Shown: positions 37,242-50,051 of the stretch, in pieces | Position numbering within the stretch: position 1 is the first letter of the stretch | Layout: each line of letters starts with the position of its first letter | Source of the DNA: Carcharhinus amblyrhynchos | Taxonomy: Eukaryota | Direction of reading: 5' to 3' | DNA length: 64,000 nucleotides | NCBI GenBank assembly: GCA_965287045.1 | Contig: OZ336877.1 | Coordinates: forward strand, 105,028,001-105,092,000 | Position numbers and translations under genes: made by a program | The notes under the pieces: model-generated | The model's input: only the letters and a program-made list of their open reading frames with translations | Told to the model about the DNA's origin: nothing | Databases searched by the model: none

Positions 37242-38391
37242 AAAACAAAGGGAAGATTAGTAGCTCTAGATTGAGCCTTATGTCAGCACTTCACATTGTA
37301 GTATCAGTAAATACACATATGGAACAGTATAAAATGAACAGGCAAGGGGAGAGCAGCAGATTAAATATAAAAGTTGGGAATGTCAATGATGACCAAAGTG
37401 AAGAATTGAGTAGCTCAACATTTCTGGTCAAATTGCTGGTGAGGCTAATAAGTTCACCACTATATTTTTTGAAAATCCCAAAACTAATTCAGAGAGCAGG
37501 TGCAAATTTGAATTCATAAATCATGGAGTTACAATTGGCTTTGCACTGTTCTACTATTAGCTATGAGAAAACATCATCTCTCAGTCCAGCTCCTCATTCG
37601 ATTAAGTTCAGGAGCATTGTATTCCTATACTTACGTAATACCAAACTAGATTTTCGGCAGAAAATTAAGCCCTCAACCTTTTAACAATGGTAACTGTTAA
37701 TTATTGACAGCTCACCTCTCTGTTACCAAAAATTAACTTTACAAGTGTGGGATCTCATTCCTTTAAGACTTATTTCATTGTTGGAAATGATTTGAATTCA
37801 TTTTTTGTTTAACCTTTCTTTGTTTCTTCTCTCGGCTGGCGTGAGGAATGGCTGTGGGGGTAAAAGAGGTGAGGAGTGACGTTTGGGGGCCTTGAAACAC
37901 TATGGGGAGTTGGGATACTGTTTCGAAAAACCAAGGTGGGCCTTCTTATCAGCCCACCTCTGCACCTACGACCCTTAAGCACTCCAGCAAAATGCGCTAA
38001 GAATCTGATCCTGCTGTGAAAAGATGTCACAAAGGTTGGGAGCGCAATTTGCAAATTGCCACAGTGCACAGATTGGGTTTCTTCCGTAGGACAATTTGGC
38101 CGTTAAAATAAGCGGAAGATACCGTGCCAATGACAATTTGCCTTTCAGAATTTTATACCTCGTTGCAAAAACTGAGGAGTTACGTTCCCATAACACAAAG
38201 CCTCCATTAATTATACAGACTAAATACATGGTCAATCTGATTTAAACAGAGTATCGTGACTGACCTATTTGTGGTGAGAGAAATTATTGTATAACACCAT
38301 ATCAAGAGGTCTTTGATGTCAGGTGCCCTCAGCTCTTGGAATATTTTTCACTTCATTAAGTACATCTTTTCTGTTCGACACACCTGCTCAC

Positions 38392-38778
38392 ACTGTGTAG
38401 CTCAGTCCTTAACACTCTCACCTCTGAGTCAGAAGATCATAAGTACAATTTCCATTCCAGCACTCGAATACACAAATCTAGTTTAAAACGCTAGGTCAGT
38501 ACCAAAAGGATGTTGCTTTGTCTGAGGTGCCACCTTACAAATGAGAAGTTAAAACGACCTGGTGATATTATTTCAAAGAAGGACAGAAGATCTAGTACTG
38601 GAGTCCTGGCAAATCAACATTATAACAAACATCAGATTTAGTCAGTACACACTGATGTTTGCTGCATGCAAACTGGCAGCCACGCTTCCTACACAAGGCT
38701 AGGAAAGGTACTGTGCTGGCTGTGAAATATTTTAGGATGTCCCAAGATCAGGAAAAGTGCTATACAAATGCAAGTCTC
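38392..38778 (+). mobile_element. Old Deu-domain SINE (SacSINE1-like), near full length
   Basis: tRNA-like head gtagctcagtccttaacactctcacctctgagtcagaag and tail gaaaagtgctatacaaatgcaagtctc. Other relics at about 4545-4610, 52950-53125 and 59150-59515. Confidence 0.65.
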
Positions 38779-39391
38779 TGGGCAGGATTTTGAAGCCATG
38801 TTCGCCCCCAGAGTAGGAAAATCCTGCCCGAAGTCAATGGACTTGCATGGTCCGTGTCCCACCCACTATGATTCCCGTGGCGGGCAGAGCCGGAAAATTC
38901 CACCCTTTCTTTTATGTCAGCAAGTTATATGTAAACTAGATATACTCATACGCTAAATAATATTACGTAACTGGCCATGAGTTTAAGATGCATGTGTGAT
39001 TTTGAGATTCTACAAACATTTGAAAATTGCCCATGGATTCCCATCATCATTTACAAGTTACTGAAACCTTTGTCTAAATGCGTGCTATATATTTTCCTCC
39101 CAGCCAATTTTTACCTTTATGCAATATAGGCAGTACACATCAGAGACATGTAGAATACAGCATTTTTCAACTAAGAGCCCTGACAGATAACACTGTCATA
39201 AACACTGTGTTTTACACCAATCTATAGTTAAGAAAACAGGAATAAAACAGTCTGCATTAATTGTGCTCAACAGGTAAGACTCCAAAGTGGAATGAAAAAC
39301 CGCAGTTAAATACTTTCTGTTGAAAACATCAGCAAAAACATGATTATGTATTTGTTAAACAAACCATTAATGAATGCCATGGCCTACTTAC

Positions 39392-39461
39392 TAGTTGACT
39401 GTTCCATATCCCTTTGATTTGGTGAATCCAACAGATGTTGCGACAACTAGGGCTGGAAGTC
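39392..39461 (-). CDS. ADGRB1: ADGRB1/BAI1 coding exon (TM4-ECL2), 70 bp
   Basis: tttcttttag|GA CTT CCA...AAC TA|gtaagt gives (G)LPALVVATSVGFTKSKGYGTVN(Y). Phase 1 in, phase 2 out. Confidence 0.96.
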
Positions 39462-40199
39462 CTAAAAGAAATGAAAGGTAAAATAGGTGTACATATATTG
39501 GTTGTGGCCAAAATAGTTCTATTGCTATTCTATTTTGGTATGCATTAGATGACAATACACGTTCTACTCCAAGGAGTGTTGGCGTATCATCATGGATGCC
39601 GCAAAATTATTTCAAAGATCCATAAATGTTTACAGCACTGAAAGATGCTATTGGGCCCCATTATACATGTTTTCTCATTGTAAGGGTTACAGCTCTTTAT
39701 TAACAGTGAGTTATTTTACATTGCAACATAAAAGTATGTTGTACAACTCAATTAGTTTTCAGCTTTCTAAGGTGCTATTTGTACCCACAATTGCTTCGCT
39801 AGTCTCTGAAAATGCCTTACAGTAATGTGATGAACTCCACGGAACTAGTGTAGAAGCACATGGGAGTTGTTTTCTGCACAGATGGCTTTGTCAAATGTTT
39901 TGTTGGTTGCAATAAACACTCTCAAAGCTTGTTTTTTCATTTAAGCCAATCATTAATTGAAAGAGAAACTATGGATGCAATTTTCTATACTTCCCACTGC
40001 GCGTTTTGCAGATCTTTCAGCCCTGCTGTTGTCAATGAGATATCCCACTCTATGCAGCACCTGTCACCTCACGGCAGGGCTTGGCCATTGGTGGGACTGG
40101 AACATCCTGCAAGTGAGAACGAGTGGAGAGTTCCTGCCTAAAATGCAGAGAAATTGGCTGCGACTTCAGGTTCCTAGGGAAATGGAAGCTGGTTGAAAC

Positions 40200-40752
40200 C
40201 AAGGTGCGGAGCAATGAGATGATTTCAGCAGTGCAGTTCAGTACAGGGAAGCAGTGAGTGGGGTGGTTTATGAAGGGAGCCTGAAGACTAGAACTGTGAC
40301 TGGGTTAAGAAACATTACTACAGCTGCTTCAGTTATTTTAAAGAACTACTTAACTAGAGCTGGCCATTTTAGTGAAAATTAGGCCTGGAGGATTCAGGCT
40401 AATTGGGAGCGGCTGTTAGAAGACAAGTGGGGGTTAAATATTGTTGAAAGGAACTGGATCTCTGGAAGACAGAATTTTGCAGCATGTTGTGGCTAAACGT
40501 GGTCCCACGTGTGCTAAGAGGGCTGCTGAGTGAATCCAATGAATCAATATTCATTGAATCTGCTATTTAAAACATAACTTACATTTTACATCAACTGCAA
40601 TTTGCCTTTTAGTGCATGTTTGATCTATGCTGATTTTGACTGAATTGCTAACATAAAAGCTATAAGTGGAATCTTGTCTCTCGGTTTTTCCATTGGGGTC
40701 ATTTAATAAATTTGACTTTTTTTAGTTTGTTGGTCTCCATGGAGATCATAAT
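40200..40752 (+). mobile_element. Possible decayed solo LTR
   Basis: The 3' part (aagtggaatcttgtc...ggtctccatggagatcataa) resembles Gypsy LTR ends as recalled. No TSD confirmed. Confidence 0.3.
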
Positions 40753-41111
40753 TGCATGACATCTAACCCTTCTATTCCTACTGTGAACAGGATAGCAAGA
40801 AATCCCCATGACCAGGGCACAAATTACGAGTAAAACAGTTGATGCTGCCTGTTGGTCAATGAAGTCCTTAACTTGGGATGCAAAAGGGGTTTCTGGTTGG
40901 CTCTCTGCATACTCAATAAATAATTCATGCAACCACAGATGAAGTTTGGCATGTTAATCAATCACCTGATTCCCAAAACTCTGCCTTTCCATGACTACCA
41001 TCAAGGCCAACTATTGCTGGTTCTACCCATTCTTTTGTCACTCAGAAGCTATTGCAAGAAAGTTTAGAAATCCATGAACTGTTCATATATCCTATAAGTC
41101 TGATTTCTAGG

Positions 41112-41437
41112 GACATAGGAGTTAGGGACTGAAGTAGGCAATTCAGCCCTTCGAGCCTGTTCTGCCATTCAATCAGATCATGGCTGATCTCTTCCTAGTC
41201 TTAAATCCATCTGCCTACCTCTTCCCCATATGCCTTCAACCCACTTTTAAAATCCAAAATATATCTATCTCCTTCTTGAAACTATTTAATGACAGATTCC
41301 ACTGTGCTACGGGGCAGCAAGTTCCACAAACTCACCACTGTCTGCAAGAAGGAGTTCTTCCTCATCTCAGTTTTAAATCTACCGCCTCTCAACCCATACC
41401 TCTTTTTATAGATTGCCCCACAAAGGGAAACATTTGT
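41112..41437 (-). mobile_element. CR1 3' end
   Basis: Reverse complement of the 50780-51125 CR1 tail. Another short reverse tail lies at 36765-36965. Confidence 0.82.
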
Positions 41438-41715
41438 GTTACTGCAGCATTTTTCCATATTACACTGGCCAAGTAATTTGAAATGTATGTGCCGATTTAA
41501 TAACCTTTTTATATTTCAAGTGAGTGACAATGCCATGATTAGGGGTTAACAAGTAATAGTGGATTCACTTTGTAATAACTTTCAATTACTCGGATGCAAG
41601 TTCCAATTCATATGAAATGCAGTTTGCTTATGGAAACTGTCCTCTGGCTGTGAACATGAAAACAGGCAGTGTAGTAAAAGCCTCAATGTCGCAAGGCATT
41701 CTCAAATCTAGCCTG

Positions 41716-41729
41716 GTTGTCATGGCAAC
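41716..41729. promoter_or_regulatory. RFX X-box motif
   Basis: GTTGTCATGGCAAC matches the canonical GTTGCCATGGCAAC at 13 of 14 positions. Confidence 0.5.
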
Positions 41730-44700
41730 AGCAGGAGGATAAGAGAGATAAAAGAAACAAAACTAATCCTTGGGGAATAAAAGAAAGCATCTTAATATAG
41801 TCAATTGTGTACAGAACATAGATGGGATGCTTAATAGAATGAATAGCTCCATTTTTCCTTATGCATTTATTCATTTACTGAAGGAACCTGATTATGTCCA
41901 GTTACATTCTAATTTTGGCACAATATCATGCTGCATTAGGAGGTATAAAGGAATGGACTCTATATTCGGACTAAGTCCAAGTGAGTTAGAAAAACTGGCA
42001 ATAGGAATGAATTTATTTTTCCCTACTTTTTTTCCCTTTTTCTCCTGATCCCAATTGAGGATACCTGCAAAAGTGTATGGACATAGCCAACGCGGTGGAT
42101 GATCTGTAGGTGCTGTTCTGAATCCAGTCCAAAGTGGAAAGGGGCAGTGTCGTCATGCTGAAGTGCATCCATAGCAGAAGCGGCGTATTGAACTGACAAA
42201 TCGAAAGCAATGCCCCCATATGTGTCAGCCATTTAAAACATCACCATCTGCAACCTGGAATAAGGAATCCCTCCCAAAACAGCCAATAAAATGTGTCATG
42301 AAATCAGCTATTTTCCTGTCGGACAGGACAGGCAGAATGTTTTCTTTTTGGTTCTGTTTGTCTTAAATGCACATGCCTAGAATGCTGTGCTGAGAAAAAA
42401 AAACAATTACAGGGCATGACGACACAGCATGAATTACACAACCTTGGAAAAAAACAAGGATGATGATATAATTGCAAAGATTTGAATGTTTTATATAGAG
42501 GTTTTTCTTCAAAATATTAAAGATGTTTAATTAATATTAAAAATATAATTAATATTTAATTAGTATCAAAATATTAATTAAAAATATAAATAATACAAAA
42601 TCCACATTACATCCTTTACAATTATGGTTTGAACAGTAGAATTTAGCAAGGAAAGGATATTTGATTGAATGCAATGTCATTAGCTCTGCATATATCTCTA
42701 GCTACAGCCCTCCACATCAGATCTACCATTTACTCTGGGAAAAAGGGGACAGATATTGCATGATAATCACCGTATATAATAATATCATTGCCAGCTGTGC
42801 ATTTTAAATATTTAAAACAAACAACTGACATTGTCAGCAATGAAACAAAGCTTCATCTATGTAATTTCATTAGTTATTTCCAAACAGCTTTAGTTGTAAT
42901 CTAAAATGAGCATATGATAACTTGGTATAATTTATCATATCTTCAGGAAAGTCAAGAACACAGAACACATAATAGAAGTGCAATGAAATTTTGTTCCATA
43001 TTTGAACCAGCACCATTTTTATGTCCGTTCACCTTGTTACACTTGAGGGGCTGAACTCTTTAGGAAAATGCACTAATTTATTGGGTGGAATTTTATGATA
43101 ATGATTCTAAGTGTCCAGATAGCGTGAAAATGGAAGAGTTGCAGATCTGTTTTTTGGGTGAGTTTTTATGCCCAATCTTGTGCACATAGTCTGTGAAAAA
43201 GGCAATCTAGGCCATTTCTAGCTGCTACAGGCAATGGACGAGGCTTAATTCTCCAGCCAGCAGCAAAGGGTGCTGCTGCACATGCGCAGAGAGAGACATC
43301 TGTCAGGCCTCTGCTGTTGCAGCCAGCAGCCACCCATACCCTGCCTCCCTTGCCCCCTCCCTTCACTGATTGCAGGCAGAGTGGCAGCATGCTCCCTCTC
43401 CCTTCCCTTCTGAATCCGCCCCCTTCAGGTCCTGAGCCTTCAGACCCTGCCTTCTTCAGGCACTGCTAGGCTGGAATTGCCCCTTGCCTTCGACCTCCCT
43501 GGAGGAGGGCCTCAATAGCTTTCAGTTCTACTGGTGAAGCCAACACAGTTCCCCGATCATGGGGAGCAGGTGTCTTCCTCGCCGGAGAGAATCTCTCCCA
43601 GTGAGGCCACAAAGGCAAGCTAGTCTGGATGACTGAGTGCCGGGCTCACTAATCACATGTAAACCATCATTAAAGTACCCTTAAATAATTTGTTTAGCCT
43701 CTTGCTGGAAACGGGGCACAAATGCGTGGTGAGGGAGAGGGTGGTAAAACATCCACGCTCCATGGGAAACAGTTAAGTAGCAGGAATTTGCGCCAAATTA
43801 GCAAATTGGTGGTCAAACAGCAAATTTGCTGACCAATTTGGAGATGCATCAGCTCAGAGGCAGAATGCCTTCTTGGATGAGTGAGAGAGGTGTCCAAGAT
43901 GGAGGTGCTCTCTCTCTAATATTTAATATTAAAAACAAAACGGGTCTCAGCAACCTGGCTGGCCTTGTGTTAGGGAGCATGGTAGAGTGGGGATGGTGTG
44001 GATAGCCAAGGGCAGGGAGTGGTGGTGAGCAGGGGTTGGGAATTTGGGGAACATCCACAGAGTTGCGACTGAGTCCAGGCTGGCAAGGAGGGTCTCTGAG
44101 CCTGCTTGAGGACCTGTCCAAGCCGAGTCTGCTGCTGGAAGGCTACCTTGAGGGTGTTGGGCTGTTTCCCAATGCCTTGAAAATAGGGCTTAATAGGCAT
44201 TTAATTGGGCCACTTACAGGCAGGTAGCCCTAATTTGACCTCACTGAAAATGACGCAGATGCCGGATAGAATTGGGGAACTGACATGTCCACCAACTGTG
44301 CAGCTTTTCACAGCAATCCACTTCTGTGTCACCCCGAATATGGGCCACAAGTTTCAGCCCACTGTCTATCATCCCCAGGATGTTGGAGTCAAGAAGAAGT
44401 AGGGTCAGGGGTGTTTGCCCATCCCTGGATCTCCTTGAAGAGGAAGTGATACACTTGTGTTAACGGCTGCAACCCAAGTCAGGAATGTACGTGACTTGGA
44501 GGAACCTGGAGATGATGGCGTTCCCATGCTGCTGCCCTTATCTTTTCAGATGAAGGAGGTTGTAGATTTGGAAAGTGCTGCCATTGAAGCCTTGGTAACT
44601 TGCTGCGGTGTGTCCTGCAGACAGTGCACACTGCACTGATAATCTAATAGTGGACAGATGGATGTTTAAGTCAGTGAATGAATTGCCATAAAATGGATTG

Positions 44701-45519
44701 CTTGGTTCTTGCAGAGATTTTTATATGTTGTTGGAGCTGCACCTATCCATGACAGACTGGATAATCAAAGATGAAATGTTAGCGCAAAGACTAGTGAAAA
44801 CCCATAGCTTCTCTTGAAGTCAGACAGTATTTTGTTTTGGTATAAGTAACTTATTCCGCAAAACCTTTGAAGTTAATGATCTAATTTGTGGATTTAGTTT
44901 AACAGAAGGAACAGCAATATTGTTCAAAGTCACGATGCCGTGTGGCTTGGAGGGGAACTTGCAGGTGGTAGTGTTTCCGTAATCTACTACATTTGTCCTT
45001 CTAGATGATAGAAGTTGTGGCTTTGGTAGGCGTTGTCAAAAAAGTCTTGGTGAGTTGCTGCAGTACATGACGATAGATGGTACATACTGCGGCCACGGTG
45101 TCTCGGTGGCAGAGGGGATGGATGTTGGAGGTGACGGTTGAGGTGTAAACCAAATGGGCTGCTTTGTCTGTGGTGTCGAGCCTCTTGAGTGTGTTGGATC
45201 TGCATTCATCCAGGCAAGTGGAGAGTATTCCATCACACTCCTGATTTGTGCCTTGTAGATGGTGGGCAGGCTTTGGGGAGTCAGGAAGTGAGTTACCCAA
45301 GTGAGCAGGATTCCTGCTCTCTGAATTGCACTTGTAGTCACAGTATTTATATGACCCATCTCATTAAAGTTCCTGGCCAATAAAACCTGCAAGTTTGTTG
45401 ACAGTTGGGGATTGAGGGATGGCAATGTCACTGAATGTCAAGTGGAAATGGTTAGATTCCATCTTGTTGGAGATGGTCATTGCCTGGCACTTGTTTGGCA
45501 AGTAAATTATTTGTCACAT

Positions 45520-46500
45520 ACTGGTCCTGATCCGAATGTAGTCCATGATTTGGAGTTGGGGATCAAGTGTACTGTGGTGTAGTATGTCAAAATTTGCAGA
45601 TGACACAAAGATGAGTGACAGAGCAAAGTGTGCAGAAGACGCTGAAAGTTTGCAAAGGGATATAGACAGTTTAAGTGAGGGGGGGCAAGGGTCTAGCAAT
45701 GTTGGTAAATGTGAGGTCATCCATTTTGGTAGAAATAACAGCAAAATGGACCATTATTTAAATGGTAAAAGATTGCAGCATGCCGCTGTGCAGAGAGACT
45801 TGGATGTCCTTATGCAAGAATCACAAGAACTTGGTTTGCAGGTGAAGCAGGTAATTAAAAGGCAAATGGAATTTTGTCCTTCATTGCTAGAGGGATGGAG
45901 TTTAAAAACAGCGAGACTAATGTTGCAGCTGCATAAGGTGCAGGTGAGGCCACACCTGGAGTACTGTATACAGTTTTGGTCTCCTTACTTGAGAGAGGGT
46001 ATACTGGCACTGGAGGGGGTACAGAGGAGATTCATTAGGTTGATTTTGGAGTCGAGAGGGTTGGCTTATAAGGAGAGGCTGAGTAGACTGGGGCTATACT
46101 CATAGGAATTCAGAAGAATGAGGGGAGATCTGATAGGAACATACAAGATTATGAAGGGAATAGATAAGATAGAAGCAGGGAAGTTGTTTCCCTGTGAAAC
46201 TAGAACTAGGGGGCATGGCCTCAAAATAAGGGGGAGCAGATTTAGGACTGAGTTGAAGAGGAACTTCTTCACACAAAGGGTTGTGAATCTGTGGAATTCC
46301 CTGCCCAGTGAAGTAGTTGAGACTACCTCACTGAATGTTTCTAAGGCAAGGATAGATACATTTTTGAACAGTAAAGGAGGGCTATGATGAGTGGGTAAGT
46401 CGAGCTGAGTCCACAAAAGGATTAGCCATGATCTGATTGAATGGTGGAGCAGGTTTGAGGGGCCAGATGGCCCGCTCCATCTCCTCGTTCTTATGTCTTA
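45520..46500 (+). mobile_element. CR1 3' fragment nested in the older LINE
   Basis: SKFADDTK...KCEVIHFG...RPHLEYCIQFWSP...RGDLIGTYKIMKGIDK...RVVNLWNSLP and the tail tcgttcttatgtctta. Confidence 0.93.
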
Positions 46501-46530
46501 TTGCAGACTGCCTCAGCATCTCAGGAGTTG

Positions 46531-46848
46531 GGCAGCATGTTGGCACAGTGGTTAGCAGTGCTGCCTCACAGCACCAGGCTATCAGGTTGAATTCTGGCCT
46601 CGGGTCACTGCCTGTGTGGAATCTACACATTTTCCCCGTGTCTGCATGGGTTTTTCTCAGGGTGCTCCAATTTCCTCCCAAAGTGCAAATACGTGCTGAT
46701 TAGGTCGATTGGCCATGCTAATTTGACCCTAGTGTCAGGGGGATTGTGTGGGATTTTGGGAATAGGGCCTGGGTGGGATTGTGGGCAGTGCAGACTCGAT
46801 GAGACGAATGGCCTCCTTCTGCAGTGTGAGGATTCTATTATTCCATGA
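46531..46848 (+). mobile_element. HE1 V-SINE with a 6-bp TSD (gagttg)
   Basis: gagttg at 46525-46530 and 46847-46852. Confidence 0.87.
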
Positions 46849-48279
46849 GTTGCAAATGGTGCTGGACATTGTGCCATCATCAGCAAACATCCTCACTGCT
46901 GATTTTATGATGGAAGGAAAGTCATTGATGAACAACTGAAGGTGGTTGGACCTAGGACATGACACTGAGGAACTTCAGCAGTAGTGTCCTGGGACTGAGA
47001 TGATTGACTTCTCACAACAACAATCATCTTCCTTTGTGCTACGCATAACTCCAACAAGTGGCAGTTTTCCTTGATTCCCATTGATTCCAGAACTCTTAGG
47101 GCTCCTTGATACCACTCTCAGTCAAATGCATTCTCACCTCACACCTCTGGTTTAGCTCTTTCATCCATGTTTGGACTAAGGTTGTTATGAGGTCAGGAAC
47201 AGAATGGCCTTGGTGGAAAACAAATTGAGCATCAGTTGAATAGGCTTTTCCTCAGTACGTGCTGCTTGATAACACTGTTGACTTAGCTGATGATCTATAG
47301 CATCACTTAGCTGATGATCTATAGTAGGAAGGTGGAGTGGTAATTGGCTGGGTTGGATTTGTGGGCAGGTCATGCCCGGGCAATTTTCCACATTGCCAGG
47401 TAGATGCCAATGTTGTCAATGTACTGGAACAGCTTGGCTAGGGGCACAGCAAGTTCTGGAGCACCAGTCTTCAGTAATATTGCTGGAATATTTATGGGGC
47501 CCATAAGCTTTGCAGTATCCAGTGTCTTCTGGCATTTCTTGACATCACGTTGAGTGAATTGAATTGGCTGAAGACTAGCATCTGAGATGCTGGGTCCTCA
47601 GGGGGAGGCCAAGATGTGTCATCCACTTGGTACTTCTGGCTGAAGATTACTGTATATACTTCAGCCTTATCTTTTGCACTGATGTGCTGCACTCATTCAT
47701 CATTAAGAATGGGGATATAGTTGTGAAGTCTCCTCCAGTTAAACTTTACAATGAATTAAAATTCCTGTGAAATCAATGACTCAGGACTGAAGGATTTGCA
47801 CAGTCGATAATTGGTTTTAAATTAGTGCCCACACCTAGGAGGTGTGCGAAGCGAGTAAAGCTAACATCAACTGTCTCATGCTTGCTCTTCTAATTCAACA
47901 ATTCTAATGAGCTTGACATTTGAGGCACATGCCTCAGCATTACTCTGTAAATATCAAGAAATGTTGGGTTACTTTTAAGAAAGTTAAGCGTAAATAAAAC
48001 AAATGGCTATCCTCGTCCCCAGTTATCTTGCAAGGCTGTGACACCTTTTGATGTCGTACCAACTGTGAGATGACACATTGTTACAATGCTCAATTGTGGC
48101 TCCTGACAAACTAAACAGAGGCTGTCTAGACGTGCACACTAAGTTTTACTGACCAACCCTAACAGGAGGATGTGATGGAAAAGGCTGGGGGTGACTAGGA
48201 CAAAACAGAAGTGGGGCTGAAAAGTGAGAAAGGGACACAATATTTTTTGTGGTTACGGGATATATAAGATTGTACTAAC

Positions 48280-48430
48280 CCCATCCAAGACAGAGAAAAC
48301 GTTTCCGAATGATTCGATTTCGTAATCTTCCTGTGACAGCCATGTATGACTGCCAAGCCTCTGTCAGCACCCAGCAGAATGATGACAGGAAGAAGAAATG
48401 GAGAAATGCAGCCACAAGGGTACAGATCAC
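48280..48430 (-). CDS. ADGRB1: ADGRB1/BAI1 coding exon (TM3-ICL2-start of TM4), 151 bp
   Basis: ttaccag|GTG ATC...TGG G|gttagt gives [50 protein letters not shown](G). Phase 0 in, phase 1 out. Confidence 0.97.
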
Positions 48431-48599
48431 CTGGTAAAATACAACATGAATCAACATTGATTAGTATACTTCTTCACTGACACTATAATATCACTGACTT
48501 ATTGCTGATAACAATAAGCCTTGATTTGATCTGTCAGAAGCCAAATAACCTGCTGTGCCATTCCTCTGTTTAATTGTTTAATAGCCATTTACTTAAAAT

Positions 48600-49100
48600 C
48601 ACAAAAAGGTTTGCCCCAGTAAGTCTCCTTGCTCATTGTTCAGTCTCCACTAAAGACTCTTCTACACAGGAATCAATTATTCTCCTCAGAACCACACTGA
48701 GTAAGATCTACTAACAGTTAAATATCCATTAAAGTGCTCTATATAGAGTATTCTGCCACGGTGCAGTCCCTGCATTAAACTAAACCTCATGTAGAAGGAT
48801 CTGCTCTCCCTTCAGGGTCCACTCAGCCCCCTGCGCAGGAAAATCTGCTGACTGGCTAATTGTCAATAGAGTCTCTTACACAAGATATTGTTATGCAGTC
48901 TCCATTCAAGTGCTACATGCAGAAGGATCTGCTCTTTGCTTAGTTCCCACTAAAGTCTTGCGTGAAGAAAGACAAGCTCATTCCTTCCGAAGTCCTTAAT
49001 ACAAAATACCTTTCATTCCACTATTGCTACTTACACCACTGAAAGTGCTCACTGCTGAGTCCTCATAGAGGATCTGTTCCCTACTCACATCCCACTAAAC
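48600..49100. repeat. Highly degenerate ~40-48 bp tandem repeat, roughly 10 units
   Basis: Recurring cagtctccact/cattaaagtgct...agaaggatctgctct units. Confidence 0.55.
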
Positions 49101-50051
49101 CCAAAGGATGTGACATTGCAAAGTTCCAATGAATAGTCCCCTCGTACAGAAGGCACTGACTGTTATTCAAATCCCTCCATAGCACTATAAAGATCATTTT
49201 TATTTTGGTGTATAACAATAACATTAGTATCAATAATATATTCACCATTCTGAACTCAGAACTGAACCAAAAGTATTCTGAGGCATCTACTGCACGTGAG
49301 GAAGAAAGAGTTTGCCACGTTAACCCAATCCGCAATCTCTTGTTTTGAGTCACACCAATTTTCAACTCTTTCCACTTTTGTCAACGCAACAAGAATTCAA
49401 GTTTTTTGCCAGCTTATCAACTCAGGCAGTGAGCTGGTTGCTTAACAAAAAGAAAATGTCTAATTCCTTGGCGGCAAATTTGCCAATGCACAAGGGTGAG
49501 ATGCTTTTGGGTCAATGTCAATTTGCAGCTGTGTGATAATAGGAGTTAACTCTCTTCAATAGAGCACTGTGTCTCCGCAGTTAGCAGATGCTGTAGCGCA
49601 GGGGATCGAAATGGCAGTAACTCTGCAGAAACATTTGGAGCAATTTCCTTTGAACAAGTACAATAATATAGATTTGCAAACTGTTTCACTGAAATGCAGG
49701 AATTCCAAAAGCATTCTTAACAATAAAATGCCCTTTATTACAAGTGGGAATTGCCACAGATTGAATTGTGATTGACCAGTTTGATTTTTCTGATAGGTTC
49801 CTTTTTTGTTAAACAATGCTAATTCTTTATCAGTTTGGTCAAAGAAAGTGCTCTTAGGCGAGGCAACCTCAGACTTAATTTTAAAAATGATCAATCAATT
49901 TATTTACACAATGGCTTGAAGGACTCTGCCGCATTGCTCTTGAAGAGGACCGAGGCAGATCTGTCCCTGCAAATTTTCCACATTATCAATTCCCTATTTC
50001 TGCTGGATCATCAGTGAGGGAAGAAGCAGAGCAAGAGAATTTTCCACCCAG

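Larger units (their letters stand above)
44400..47730 (-). mobile_element. Second LINE family (CR1/L2-group RT), decayed, host to nested insertions
   Basis: LTPQSLPTIYKAQIRSVMEYSPLAW at 45200-45290; LFINDFPSIIKSAVRMFADD at 46870-46940; WKIA...P.YHSI upstream. Confidence 0.8.

Noticed and set aside
42520-42600. AT-rich quasi-palindromic stretch
   Set aside because: Self-complementarity is expected from near-pure A/T composition.
45545-46387. 186-aa and 89-aa ORFs, including the longest in the track
   Set aside because: Frameshifted CR1 reverse-transcriptase remnants, not a host gene.
48600-49100. CRISPR-like interpretation of the periodic repeat
   Set aside because: Eukaryotic intron, degenerate contiguous units without distinct spacers, and no cas genes.
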